64,000 nt of DNA, taken from Fibrobacteria bacterium (GTDB lineage: Bacteria; Fibrobacterota; Fibrobacteria; UBA5070). The notes under the pieces were generated by a model. The model saw only the letters and a list, made by a program, of their open reading frames with translations, did no database searches and was not told the origin of the DNA. Below are positions 37,845 to 46,198 of this stretch, piece by piece. Position 1 is the first letter of the stretch. Each line of letters begins with the position of its first letter. The translations under genes and the position numbers were made by a program. The stretch spans positions 16,551 through 80,550 of the forward strand of contig JAMIIV010000247.1 of NCBI GenBank assembly GCA_035913415.1, given 5' to 3'.

Positions 37845-38813
37845 ATGTGGAATCTGCTCGGAATGATCCAGCGCCATCTCGCTCTCGCCATCCCTGTCGC
37901 ATTGGTCGCGGGTCTGGGCTTCGGATTGCTGGTCGACCCGTCCTTCCTGGCCGCGGGCATCCTTCCCTTGACCTTCCTGATGGTCTTTCCCATGATGGTC
38001 TCCCTGAAGGTATCGGAGCTCGCGCACCTGGGCGACCTCCGGCTGCAGGGCGCCACCCAGGCGGTGAACTTCCTCGCCATTCCCGCCCTGGGATGGATCC
38101 TGGGACTGTGGCTGTTCCCTGACAGACCCCTGGTCGCAACAGGGCTTTTGTTGACCTCCCTTCTGCCCACTTCGGGGATGACGATCACCTGGACGGGCCT
38201 TGCCAAGGGCAACGTACCGGCTGCGGTGCGGATGACCTTGCTGGGTCTGCTTCTGGGATCGCTCCTTGCCCCCTTGTACCTGAAGACCTTGATGGGCACT
38301 GCCATCGAAATTTCCATCGCCAAGGTCTTTTCGCAGATCGCGCTGACCGTGCTGCTGCCCCTTGTCGCGGGTCTTGCCACTCGCGCCTTGGTCGTGCGCA
38401 AGATCGGCCTCGAATCCTTCCAGAAGTCCGTGCAACCACGCCTAGCGCCCTTCTCCACCTTGGGAGTCCTGGGCATCGTCTTCGTCGCGATGGCATTGAA
38501 AGCGAAAGGGATCGCCGCCCATCCCGAACAACTGGTCTCCCTGTTCGCCGCCTTGGGACTGCTGTACGGAGCCAACTTCGCCTTGAGCGCCTACGTGGGA
38601 CGCACATTCTTCGCGAGGGCCGACGCCCTCGCCCTGCTGTACGGCACCGTGATGCGCAACCTTTCGATAGCGCTGGCCATCGCGATGTCCGCCTTCGGGG
38701 CCAGCGGACCCGACATCGCCCTGCTCATTTCCCTGGCCTATATCGTGCAGGTCCAGATGGCCGCGTGGTCGGTCAAGCTGGTGCCACGTTTGTTCCCGGC
38801 CCCCCAAGGCTGA
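37845..38813 (+). CDS. Acr3-like/bile acid:Na+ symporter family transporter
   Basis: MVFPMMV, LLPTSGMTITWTGLAKGN, VMRNLSIALAIA; about 10 TM segments. Confidence 0.85.
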   Translation: MWNLLGMIQRHLALAIPVALVAGLGFGLLVDPSFLAAGILPLTFLMVFPMMVSLKVSELAHLGDLRLQGATQAVNFLAIPALGWILGLWLFPDRPLVATGLLLTSLLPTSGMTITWTGLAKGNVPAAVRMTLLGLLLGSLLAPLYLKTLMGTAIEISIAKVFSQIALTVLLPLVAGLATRALVVRKIGLESFQKSVQPRLAPFSTLGVLGIVFVAMALKAKGIAAHPEQLVSLFAALGLLYGANFALSAYVGRTFFARADALALLYGTVMRNLSIALAIAMSAFGASGPDIALLISLAYIVQVQMAAWSVKLVPRLFPAPQG

Positions 38814-38839
38814 CCCGATCTCCAAAGTGCCACAACTCG

Positions 38840-39694
38840 TCAGTCGGGGAAATGCAGCACTTTCCCCACGCGCCCCGGCTCGCAACCGATCTCGCGTGAA
38901 GTCTGCTTTGTTTGCCATCCCGCCGCCGCCAGCCGCCAAGCCGCCGAAGGACCACTGCAGTGGCAGGGCACCACGCACCCGACACCTGCCGCGCCAAGCT
39001 GCTCGGCCATGAGCTTGATCTCGGTGTCCGGAGCGCTCTCCAGATGGAGTCCACCGACCAAGGAACGCAACGGGCGGCCCGGGAAGAAACGTCCCAGGAA
39101 TCCCAGCAGGTTGGCGATCCCGAAATGGGCGCAGCCCACAACCACGACCAGTCCCTCGCGAGTATCCAGGACCAGCGCCTGCTCCTCGGGAACATCGTCG
39201 GGAATGTCCATGATCTCGTTGCGCACCAGACCCTTGTGCGTCCATGCCGGACGGATTCCGCCCACCGGTCCGGTCAGCCAGATTCCGTCCGCAATCTGGA
39301 CGGGTCCGGACGTTTCCGCCCAACGCGTGCGTTCCACCACCAGCCTCTCCCGCACGGGATGCTGCAGGGCAATGTCGCGGGTACCGTCTTCCCCGCGGTG
39401 CCAGCGGGGCATCAGGGCTCCCTGCGGGATCCAGACGCGGGCCGCGGGGGCCTGGTCCATCGCGGCCAGGAGCCCTCCGCCGTGATCCCAGTGGCCATGG
39501 CTCAGGACGATGTCCGTGGCCGTCGCCAGATCGATGCCCAGTTGCTCCGTGTTGGCGCGCAGCACGAATCCTTCCGCCCCGGTGTCGAACAGGACACGGC
39601 TTCCTGCGTGTTCGCACCACACGGAAAAGCCGTGCTGCGCCAGAAGTCCGCGGTCGCGAACGGTGTTGTCGATCAGAAGCGTAAGCGTGGGCAT
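38840..39694 (-). CDS. MBL-fold metallo-hydrolase
   Basis: QHGFS, LFDTG, LSHGHWDHGGG, GCAHFG, GGLHL, PCHCSG. Confidence 0.88.
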   Translation of the reverse strand: MPTLTLLIDNTVRDRGLLAQHGFSVWCEHAGSRVLFDTGAEGFVLRANTEQLGIDLATATDIVLSHGHWDHGGGLLAAMDQAPAARVWIPQGALMPRWHRGEDGTRDIALQHPVRERLVVERTRWAETSGPVQIADGIWLTGPVGGIRPAWTHKGLVRNEIMDIPDDVPEEQALVLDTREGLVVVVGCAHFGIANLLGFLGRFFPGRPLRSLVGGLHLESAPDTEIKLMAEQLGAAGVGCVVPCHCSGPSAAWRLAAAGWQTKQTSREIGCEPGRVGKVLHFPD

Positions 39695-39701
39695 GAGGTG
39701 C

Positions 39702-40124
39702 TCAGCGACCGCAGGTGCAGACGTGGCCTTCGCCGTGGTGGTGGCCGTGTTCGTGGTCGGTGTCGTCGTCATGGCCGTGGCACAGGCTCTCACCCGGGGC
39801 GAGCTCGCGTGCTTCCGCCAGACCCGCAAGGAACAATTCCAGCACCTTGGCCGGATTTTCCTCGCGGATGCCCGCCATCACTTTCACTCCGGCCTTCCCC
39901 AGACCATTGGCGGCACCGGCACCCAGTCCACCGGCCAGCAGCACTTCGACACCCTGAGCCGCAACCCACGGAGCCGCGCTGCAGGTGCCTTCGGGGGGAA
40001 TCGACCGCAGTCCGAGGTCCGTGGCGGTGCCCGCATCAAGGTCGATGTCGTGCAGGGACAAGGCCTGGGAACGGCCATAGTGGAGGGCGAATTTTCCGTC
40101 GGCGATGGGAAGGGCGATACGCAT
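39702..40124 (-). CDS. NifB/NifX-family protein with His/Cys-rich tail
   Basis: MRIALP....FALHYGRS...GGLGAGA..L; tail CHGHDDDTDHEHGHHHGEGHVCTC. Confidence 0.82.
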   Translation of the reverse strand: MRIALPIADGKFALHYGRSQALSLHDIDLDAGTATDLGLRSIPPEGTCSAAPWVAAQGVEVLLAGGLGAGAANGLGKAGVKVMAGIREENPAKVLELFLAGLAEARELAPGESLCHGHDDDTDHEHGHHHGEGHVCTCGR

Positions 40125-40173
40125 GGAAGGCTCCGGAGTGGATGTGTCGTTCTCTCAGGAATAGGTCTCTATA

Positions 40174-40190
40174 GGATGCTATCTACATCC
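40174..40190. promoter_or_regulatory. GGATGY-N5-RCATCC-type operator, site E
   Basis: GGATGCTATCTACATCC, 50 bp upstream of the NifX-like gene. Confidence 0.7.
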
Positions 40191-40569
40191 TTTTTCGAAG
40201 AAACGCAACAGGAATGCAAACGACGAAAACCCTCCGGCCGGGCAGGTCGGAGGGGTTTGCGCCAGGGATGGAAGCCCGACAGGGCCGGGACCCCGAGGGA
40301 GGGGGCCCGGTTCACGACAGCCCGACCCTTCGCCCGGTGGGGGCGGAGGGGGCGCCTAGGCACAGTCCAGATGACGAATGGGCATCGGCTAGGAATGGGA
40401 TTCTCCGCGACGCGAAACACGCGGTGGAGAGCATTCAGAAGGCGCGACAGTGTGAGACCAAGACCGGATCGCATAGGTGACGGATTCCACCGCGAAACGC
40501 AACCTTCGAAGCGGACGCATCCCGTCGCTATCGACACTCCACCAACGCATCACACAGGAGACTCCCCAA

Positions 40570-41145
40570 ATGGCCGAACTCAAGGGTTCCCGCACCGAGA
40601 AGCATCTGCTCATGTCGTTCGCCGGCGAATCGCAGGCGCGCAACCGCTACACCATGTTCGCCGGCGCGGCGCGCAAGGAAGGTCTCGAGCAGATCGCCGG
40701 CATCTTCGAAGAGACCGCCAACCAGGAGAAGGAGCATGCCAAGCGGTTCTTCTCGTTCCTGAAGGGCGGCGACCTCGAAATCACCGCCACCTTCCCCGCC
40801 GGCAAGGTGGGCACCACCCTCGAGAACCTCGAGGCTTCGGCCATGGGCGAGGAGCACGAGTGGCAGATCGACTATCCCGAGTTCGCACGCATCGCCCGTG
40901 AAGAGGGATTCGAAGCCATCGCGCGGGTGTGGGACGCCGTCTCCGTGGCCGAGAAGCAGCACGGCAAGCGCTACCGCGACCTGTGGAAGAATCTGTCGGA
41001 AGGCAAGGTATTCAAGCGCGACGGCAAGATCGTCTGGCGCTGCATCAACTGCGGCTACCTGCACGAGGCCGAAGAAGCCCCCAAGGTCTGCCCGGCCTGC
41101 GCACACGCCCAGTCGTACTTCGAGCTGCTCGGCGAGAACTGGTAA
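40570..41145 (+). CDS. rbr: Rubrerythrin
   Basis: FAGESQARNRY, EKEHAKR, EKQH..RY, WRCINCGY.H...P..CPACAH. Confidence 0.95.
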   Translation: MAELKGSRTEKHLLMSFAGESQARNRYTMFAGAARKEGLEQIAGIFEETANQEKEHAKRFFSFLKGGDLEITATFPAGKVGTTLENLEASAMGEEHEWQIDYPEFARIAREEGFEAIARVWDAVSVAEKQHGKRYRDLWKNLSEGKVFKRDGKIVWRCINCGYLHEAEEAPKVCPACAHAQSYFELLGENW

Positions 41146-41223
41146 GAATCACGGCGCGGCGGGTTGCCGTCGCGCCGCCCCTGCGCGGAGCGGAAACCCC
41201 GCGATAGAGCTTGGCGATCGGTT

Positions 41224-41265
41224 GGTTTCGACACGCTCGACCACCGATCGACAGGCTCGATCACG
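41224..41265. repeat. Two REP half-sites in tandem
   Basis: ggtttcgacacgctcgaccaccg (41224-41246) followed by tcgacaggctcgatcacg; same unit as 14587-14609. Confidence 0.65.
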
Positions 41266-41280
41266 GATCGGATGGACCGT

Positions 41281-41706
41281 TCAGATGACGGCGCGCCCTT
41301 CGCGGACAAATTCCGTCAACCCAGACGCGAGAGATTCCAGCAGATCGACCCACTCCACCAGGTGTTCGCGGCCCCGCTCGGTGAGCCGGTACGACTTGCG
41401 CCCCGCGCCCCGGGCCGATTCGGTCCATTCCGAGACCGTCATGCCGTTGCGTTCCAGAACGCACAGGGTGCGGTAGACGGCCGCTTTGTCGATGGTGGTG
41501 CCGGTGAGGGTGTGCCCCTGCAGTCGCTGCAGGATGTCGTACCCGGAAGCCCCGGGATGCTGGCTCACGTCCAGCAGGAGCAGGGGCTCGACGAAACGGA
41601 ACAGATTCCCCATGCCGCACGCGCACGGGGTGTCGCCGTGGCGGGGGCAATGGCGCTGGGAGCGGACCTCCTCGATGGACTTCGCGACGGCTTTGGGCAT
41701 GACCAT
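41281..41706 (-). CDS. PadR-family transcriptional regulator with Cys/His-rich N-terminus
   Basis: GYDILQRL...VYRTL..LE..G.....W......G..RK.YRLT..G; N-terminal HCPRHGDTPCACG. Confidence 0.88.
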   Translation of the reverse strand: MVMPKAVAKSIEEVRSQRHCPRHGDTPCACGMGNLFRFVEPLLLLDVSQHPGASGYDILQRLQGHTLTGTTIDKAAVYRTLCVLERNGMTVSEWTESARGAGRKSYRLTERGREHLVEWVDLLESLASGLTEFVREGRAVI

Positions 41707-41763
41707 CAGAATACTACCTCACCGCCGGGGATGCGGCGACGATTCGCGCCCTGACCAAGACTC

Positions 41764-42993
41764 TCAGCCTGCGGCGGGAGACGCGCTCCGCTCGACCATC
41801 CGCGAAACGTTCCACATCAGCGGAAGGGTGATGAGCATCGCCAGGGTGACCACCATGCCCAGGGAGTCGTAGCGCTGCAGCGGCGCGTGTTCGGAGGTCT
41901 GGACCACGATCAGACCCGCCACCCAGGCCGCCACGCCGCCCGAGACCTGCTGGATGGAGGCGTTGATGGACATGTAGGCGCCGCGGTCGCGTAGCTCGGG
42001 CACACCCGAAGCGATGGCCGAGGCCGTCACGATCCGTCCGTTGATGGCCACGAACAGGAGGATGTTGATCAGCACGACTTGCCACAGGGGCGTCACGCCC
42101 AGCCGGGTGTAGAACAGCACCAGGGCGACGGTGGCCAGACTGGAGACGAAGAACACGGGGATCTTGCCGATCTGGTCGGCCAACCGCCCCAAGTAGGGGC
42201 CAGCCAGGATGGAGGCCACGCCCGTGGCGACGTACACCACCGGAAGGGATTCCAGGGGGATGCCCAGATTCTGCACACTGAAGGCGCTGCCGAAGGGCAT
42301 GAGCATGTAGCCGCCCGTGGCCAGCAGAATGGTGGCGGAAAAGCCCATCAGGTGGCGGGGTTTGGAGGCCACGCGCCACAGGTGCCGAAGCGGGTGTGTG
42401 GTGTGGGCGTGCTGGAGATGGGAGTCCAGAGGCTTTAGATGCACAAACGCCACCACCCCGCCGAGGAAGGCGATACCGGCGATGGCCAGGAACGGAACGT
42501 GCCAACCGCCATGGGTGGCCAGCACCAGGCCCAGCGGAATGCCCGCGATCTGGCTGGCCGCAAACGCCGTCTGGACGATGCCCATCGCCCGACCCCGCAT
42601 GTGCATGGGAAACACGTCGGCAAGAATGGCGAAGCTGATGGATCCCACCACGCCTCCGAACAGCCCGGTGACGATGCGGGCCACCAGCAACGTGGGGTAG
42701 TCGGGTGCAACCCCGCAGAAGATGGTGCCGGCCACAAAACCCGTGTAGAAGACCAGCAGCAGCTTCTTGCGATCGAAACGATCGGCGAATCCGGCCGTCA
42801 GGAAGCCCGACAATCCCGCGCTGAAGGCATACGCGCTGACCACCAGGCCGAACTGTTTGGTGGAGATGCTCAACTCGTGCAGGAGGATCGCCCCCAGCGG
42901 CGAGAGGATCATGAAGTCCACGACGACGCAGAACTGCAAGAACGCGAGCAGCCCTACGACGAACCACTGATAACGAGTAAACGACTGCGACAC
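41764..42993 (-). CDS. MFS transporter
   Basis: GFADRFDRKK motif A, about 12 TM segments; GTG start at 42993 with AAGGA RBS. Confidence 0.9.
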   Translation of the reverse strand: MSQSFTRYQWFVVGLLAFLQFCVVVDFMILSPLGAILLHELSISTKQFGLVVSAYAFSAGLSGFLTAGFADRFDRKKLLLVFYTGFVAGTIFCGVAPDYPTLLVARIVTGLFGGVVGSISFAILADVFPMHMRGRAMGIVQTAFAASQIAGIPLGLVLATHGGWHVPFLAIAGIAFLGGVVAFVHLKPLDSHLQHAHTTHPLRHLWRVASKPRHLMGFSATILLATGGYMLMPFGSAFSVQNLGIPLESLPVVYVATGVASILAGPYLGRLADQIGKIPVFFVSSLATVALVLFYTRLGVTPLWQVVLINILLFVAINGRIVTASAIASGVPELRDRGAYMSINASIQQVSGGVAAWVAGLIVVQTSEHAPLQRYDSLGMVVTLAMLITLPLMWNVSRMVERSASPAAG

Positions 42994-43110
42994 GAGCGAT
43001 CCTTCCGACGGATGCGCGGGGACCCTCACGATAGCTAATCCCCCGCCCCCGTGGCGCTCGGGGGGCCAAGACCTGTGCCGCTTCGACATTCATCCAGGGG
43101 TGGAGTCGGT

Positions 43111-43166
43111 CCGGTTGTCGAGCTTGTCGAGACCCACGCGGCGGTCTCGACAGGCTCGACCACCGG
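43111..43166. repeat. REP-like inverted repeat
   Basis: ccggttgtcgagcttgtcgagacc-N8-ggtctcgacaggctcgaccaccgg; near-identical to 14555-14609. Confidence 0.85.
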
Positions 43167-43216
43167 GGAGTCTGCTCGCCCCTGCAAAACAGACTCGACC
43201 ACCGGATGACCGCACA

Positions 43217-44572
43217 TCAAACGGGCAAATTCCGACTTTCTTTACGACCCTGGATCGGATCCTCCTCCAGGTACGCTCCGATGCCCAGCTCCAGGAGGTC
43301 CCGCGAGGGACGGCAGTCGGTCGAGCAGATCTCGCCGGTGCGGTTGCGCGCCACCGAAGTGCATCCGCCGCCGCAGGCCAGCGCCTGGGCGCATCCACGG
43401 CACTCCTCCATGGAGGCGGTGTCGCGCCTCTGCCATTGGTGTACCACATCTTTTTCCAGACGCACCTCGGGCCAGTAGGTGCCCAGCTCCTCGCCGGGTT
43501 TGCCCACGGTGGCCGTGCAAGCGAAGATGTTGCCCCGGTAGTCGAAGGCCCACTCCGTCTTGGTGCCCGTGCAGGCGTCGAACAGCGGCTTGGGCAGTTC
43601 GCCGTGCTCCCACAGGAACTTCGAGACCGAGAACGCCGGGCGGTGGTATTCCAGGAACTCGGGATGCTCGCGCACCAGCGTGTGGAGATCTTCGGCCAGC
43701 TCCATGCGCGAATACAGGTCGCCCCCGCCGCCGGCGGCGTGGCAGGAGTGCAGCTCGTAGTTGCGCCCCAACTGGGTCTTGAAGCGAGGATTGGCGGTCC
43801 AGCCGCGCTCGGCCGCGATGCGCGCCAGTTCCGGCAGGTGCGACAGATTCTGGCGATCGACCACCGAACGCAGGTTCACCACGTGGCCGGCCGCCAGCGC
43901 CGCGTCGATGCCGTCGGCGATGCGCGCGAAGGTGGGCGCGCCCCCCGCCAGCACACGACGACGGTCGTGGGTCTGGGGCGGGCCGTCGAGCGTGACCTGG
44001 ATCTCGCGGATACGCGCCAGCGCCAAGGTGTCCATGTACTCGACCAGGGAATGCCCGTTGGTGACCACCGCGACCTCAAGCCCCGCGGCCGCGGCCCGGC
44101 GCAGAAATCCCGCGATCCGTTCGCGTGCGGCCTCGCCGGGCAACAGCGGCTCGCCCCCGAAGAGGGTCAGGTACTTGCGCCGACCCGCGAACTCGCGGCG
44201 CACGTGTGCGAAGAACGCGTCCAGGATGTCGTCGGTCAGGCTGGCGGGCTTGACGCCGTAGTCGTCCTGGAAACAGTAGTCGCACCGGAAATTGCACCCG
44301 TACCACGGCACGAAGAAGATCTGGACCTCGTCGGACTCGCGCGCGTCGAGAAAATCCAGGTAGGCGCGTTTCCAGCGTTTCTGCTCGTCGACAGGATCCG
44401 TCCAATAGCCTTTGGCGGCCCATTCCTCGGGCTGTTCGGGCGGGATACCCGCCAGCAGCGGGGCGGCCGTGGCCTCGTCGAGGAGGTCGGCGTTGCCGGA
44501 GAGGAGGTTCACGACGAAGGGGGTCCCCGCGGGGCGCGTCCTGCCGACGATGTTGTGTTTGGACCATTCCAT
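43217..44572 (-). CDS. Radical SAM/SPASM-domain peptide maturase-like enzyme
   Basis: GCNFRCDYC (CxxxCxxC), TLFGGEPLL, VTNG; C-terminal C...AC...CRGC....ACGGGC...C...C SPASM pattern; about 80-aa N-terminal extension (SKHN...VNLLSG) like the RRE region of peptide maturases. Confidence 0.9.
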   Translation of the reverse strand: MEWSKHNIVGRTRPAGTPFVVNLLSGNADLLDEATAAPLLAGIPPEQPEEWAAKGYWTDPVDEQKRWKRAYLDFLDARESDEVQIFFVPWYGCNFRCDYCFQDDYGVKPASLTDDILDAFFAHVRREFAGRRKYLTLFGGEPLLPGEAARERIAGFLRRAAAAGLEVAVVTNGHSLVEYMDTLALARIREIQVTLDGPPQTHDRRRVLAGGAPTFARIADGIDAALAAGHVVNLRSVVDRQNLSHLPELARIAAERGWTANPRFKTQLGRNYELHSCHAAGGGGDLYSRMELAEDLHTLVREHPEFLEYHRPAFSVSKFLWEHGELPKPLFDACTGTKTEWAFDYRGNIFACTATVGKPGEELGTYWPEVRLEKDVVHQWQRRDTASMEECRGCAQALACGGGCTSVARNRTGEICSTDCRPSRDLLELGIGAYLEEDPIQGRKESRNLPV

Positions 44573-44594
44573 GTTGGCTTCGCCTTATTGTTTT

Positions 44595-45345
44595 CAGGGG
44601 CTGCCGCCCCAGGTGACCCTGCTCTTTTCTCTTGGTTGCCCAGGGGCTGTCTGCCCCTGGTAACCCCGACCGGGGCTTCTCCCAGCCCCTGGACCCCAGG
44701 GCCAAGGCGGGCCGTCTGGCCGGCCCCCTTGGAACCCCGGCCACCAGGGACGCTGCGCTCCCTGGACCCTAGGCATTTGCTTGACGAATCTTCGAGGCTT
44801 GCGGCTGTATTGGCCTTTGTGGGAGTGTCGAGGTTTCGGCCGGCTGACGGTGGCGAGGCGCCACCTGGGCCGGCATCGCGGCATCGCAGCATGGTGACAT
44901 GGTGACTTGGTGACTTGGTGACAGGGCGGTATCGTTGCGAGGGAGGTTTTGCGATTGTGGTCGGATTTTCAGGCATTCCCTCTAACCGCCGCTCTTCCCA
45001 CCTCCCCCGACACACCACGCCATTGCGCTTTGCTTCCCGGCGTGGCGGCGTTTCGCCGCCTTGGCCGGGCCCTGACCTTGGTGGCTGGCACGAACGGACA
45101 TCCGTAGCGGGACTCCGCGGCGGGGTCCCGGGGATGCCCAATCCCCGGGTGCCCGGGATCCCCAAGGGGCCGGGCACTCGGCCTCCTTGGGTCCTGGGGG
45201 TCACGGGGGCTGGAAGAAGCCCCCGTGGGAACCCAGGCCCGGGAAGGGCCAAATGGGAATCGAGGCTGGAAGCCAAAGGGGTGCAAGGGGCGGAGCCCCG
45301 TGAAACCCAAACCGGGGTCCAGGGGCGGAAAGCCCCTGGGCGCCC
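44595..45345. repeat. Hairpin-rich non-coding block bounded by inverted GGGGTCCAGGGG units
   Basis: cccctggacccc (44686-44697) versus ggggtccagggg (45314-45325); several GGGGC-N-GCCCC hairpins; internal 4x WTGGTGAC at 44891-44922. Confidence 0.6.
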
Positions 45346-45356
45346 CGGGCCGGGGG

Positions 45357-45449
45357 TCAGTCGTGGCAGCCGGCCACCAGGGTCGAGACCTTGGCGCAGC
45401 ACTGGGCCACGGGAGCGCAGCAGTTCTTCTTGTGGATCAGAGTCTTCAT
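45357..45449 (-). CDS. 30-aa Cys-rich peptide MKTLIHKKNCCAPVAQCCAKVSTLVAGCHD (candidate RiPP precursor or metalloid-binding peptide)
   Basis: AAGGA RBS 7 nt upstream of the ATG; 28/30 codons end in G/C as in host genes; lies between the ArsM-like gene and the rSAM/SPASM gene on the same strand. Confidence 0.82.
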   Translation of the reverse strand: MKTLIHKKNCCAPVAQCCAKVSTLVAGCHD

Positions 45450-45490
45450 GTCGTTTCCTTTCTGGGTTGAATGGATTGCGGGATCTAGGC

Positions 45491-46141
45491 TCATCCGCCG
45501 CAACAGCAGCGGGCCTTGGGCTTCCACCCTTGGAGGGTGAAGCTCGAGACTTCGATACGGCCCTTCGGATAGGGCTGCGAGCGTTCGAGGATGTCGAGGT
45601 CGCGCAGGCCTGCGTCGGAAACCGTCTGCAGGTAGACCTCCAGCGTGTCGGCTCCGGCCCAGCATTCGGCCACGGCCTCGGGGTCGTTGCGGAACTCCGG
45701 AGGTACGGGGGCGCTGGCGAAGATGTCCGAGACCACGAAGCGCCCACCGGGCTTGAGCACGCGGAAGACCTCGGCCCAAACCTTCGACTTGTCCGCGGCG
45801 TGGTTCAGGACGCAGTTGGAGATCACCAGATCGACCGACGCAGGCGGAATGGGAAGGTTTTCCAGAGCGGCTTTGTCGAAACGCACGTTGGTGATACCCA
45901 GCGCCTCGGCGGTGGAGCGCGCCTTGTCCAACATGCCGTCGGAGATGTCGATGCCCCAAACGAATCCGTCAGAACCCACCTCTTCGGCCATGCGCAGGCA
46001 ATCGGTACCTCGGCCCGATCCCAGGTCCAGGCAGACCTCACCGGGTTTGGGCTTGGCGTGGTCGACCGCCCCTCCGCACGAGAGGCAGCAAGCGCTTTCG
46101 GCCAATTCGGAATAGCGGTTTTCGATCGCGGTCGTATCCAT
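45491..46141 (-). CDS. ArsM-like SAM-dependent methyltransferase (compact)
   Basis: CCLSCGG, LDLGSGRG.D, VISNCVLNH..DK, AECWAGA, C-terminal CCCGG; GAGGAG RBS. Confidence 0.85.
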   Translation of the reverse strand: MDTTAIENRYSELAESACCLSCGGAVDHAKPKPGEVCLDLGSGRGTDCLRMAEEVGSDGFVWGIDISDGMLDKARSTAEALGITNVRFDKAALENLPIPPASVDLVISNCVLNHAADKSKVWAEVFRVLKPGGRFVVSDIFASAPVPPEFRNDPEAVAECWAGADTLEVYLQTVSDAGLRDLDILERSQPYPKGRIEVSSFTLQGWKPKARCCCGG

Positions 46142-46198
46142 CCGGTCTCCTCGTGCGGGGTGAGGCACTCCGGCCCTTGACCCCGTCTATGGAGAAAA

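Noticed and set aside
26562-40124. Nitrogen fixation genes
   Set aside because: Only NifB/X-domain and IscU-like proteins are present; there is no nifH/D/K/E/N
12842-40522. Additional weak operator/promoter matches at about 12852-12868 and 40498-40522
   Set aside because: Three or more mismatches or wrong spacing; not counted in the regulon
43217-44572. Radical SAM as ArsL/ArsS (arsinothricin or arsenosugar synthase)
   Set aside because: It has a SPASM-type C-terminus and an anSME/peptide-maturase-like layout, and lacks the ArsS-type motif as I recall it; family identity needs an HMM search
44873-44922. CRISPR-like repeats
   Set aside because: Contiguous 8-bp tandem units without spacers, and no cas genes
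45330-45359. Selenocysteine read-through of the peptide's TGA (a hairpin follows the stop)
   Set aside because: The downstream hairpin belongs to the GGGGC/GCCCC repeat block, the read-through sequence is low-complexity Pro/Gly-rich, and no sel genes are visible
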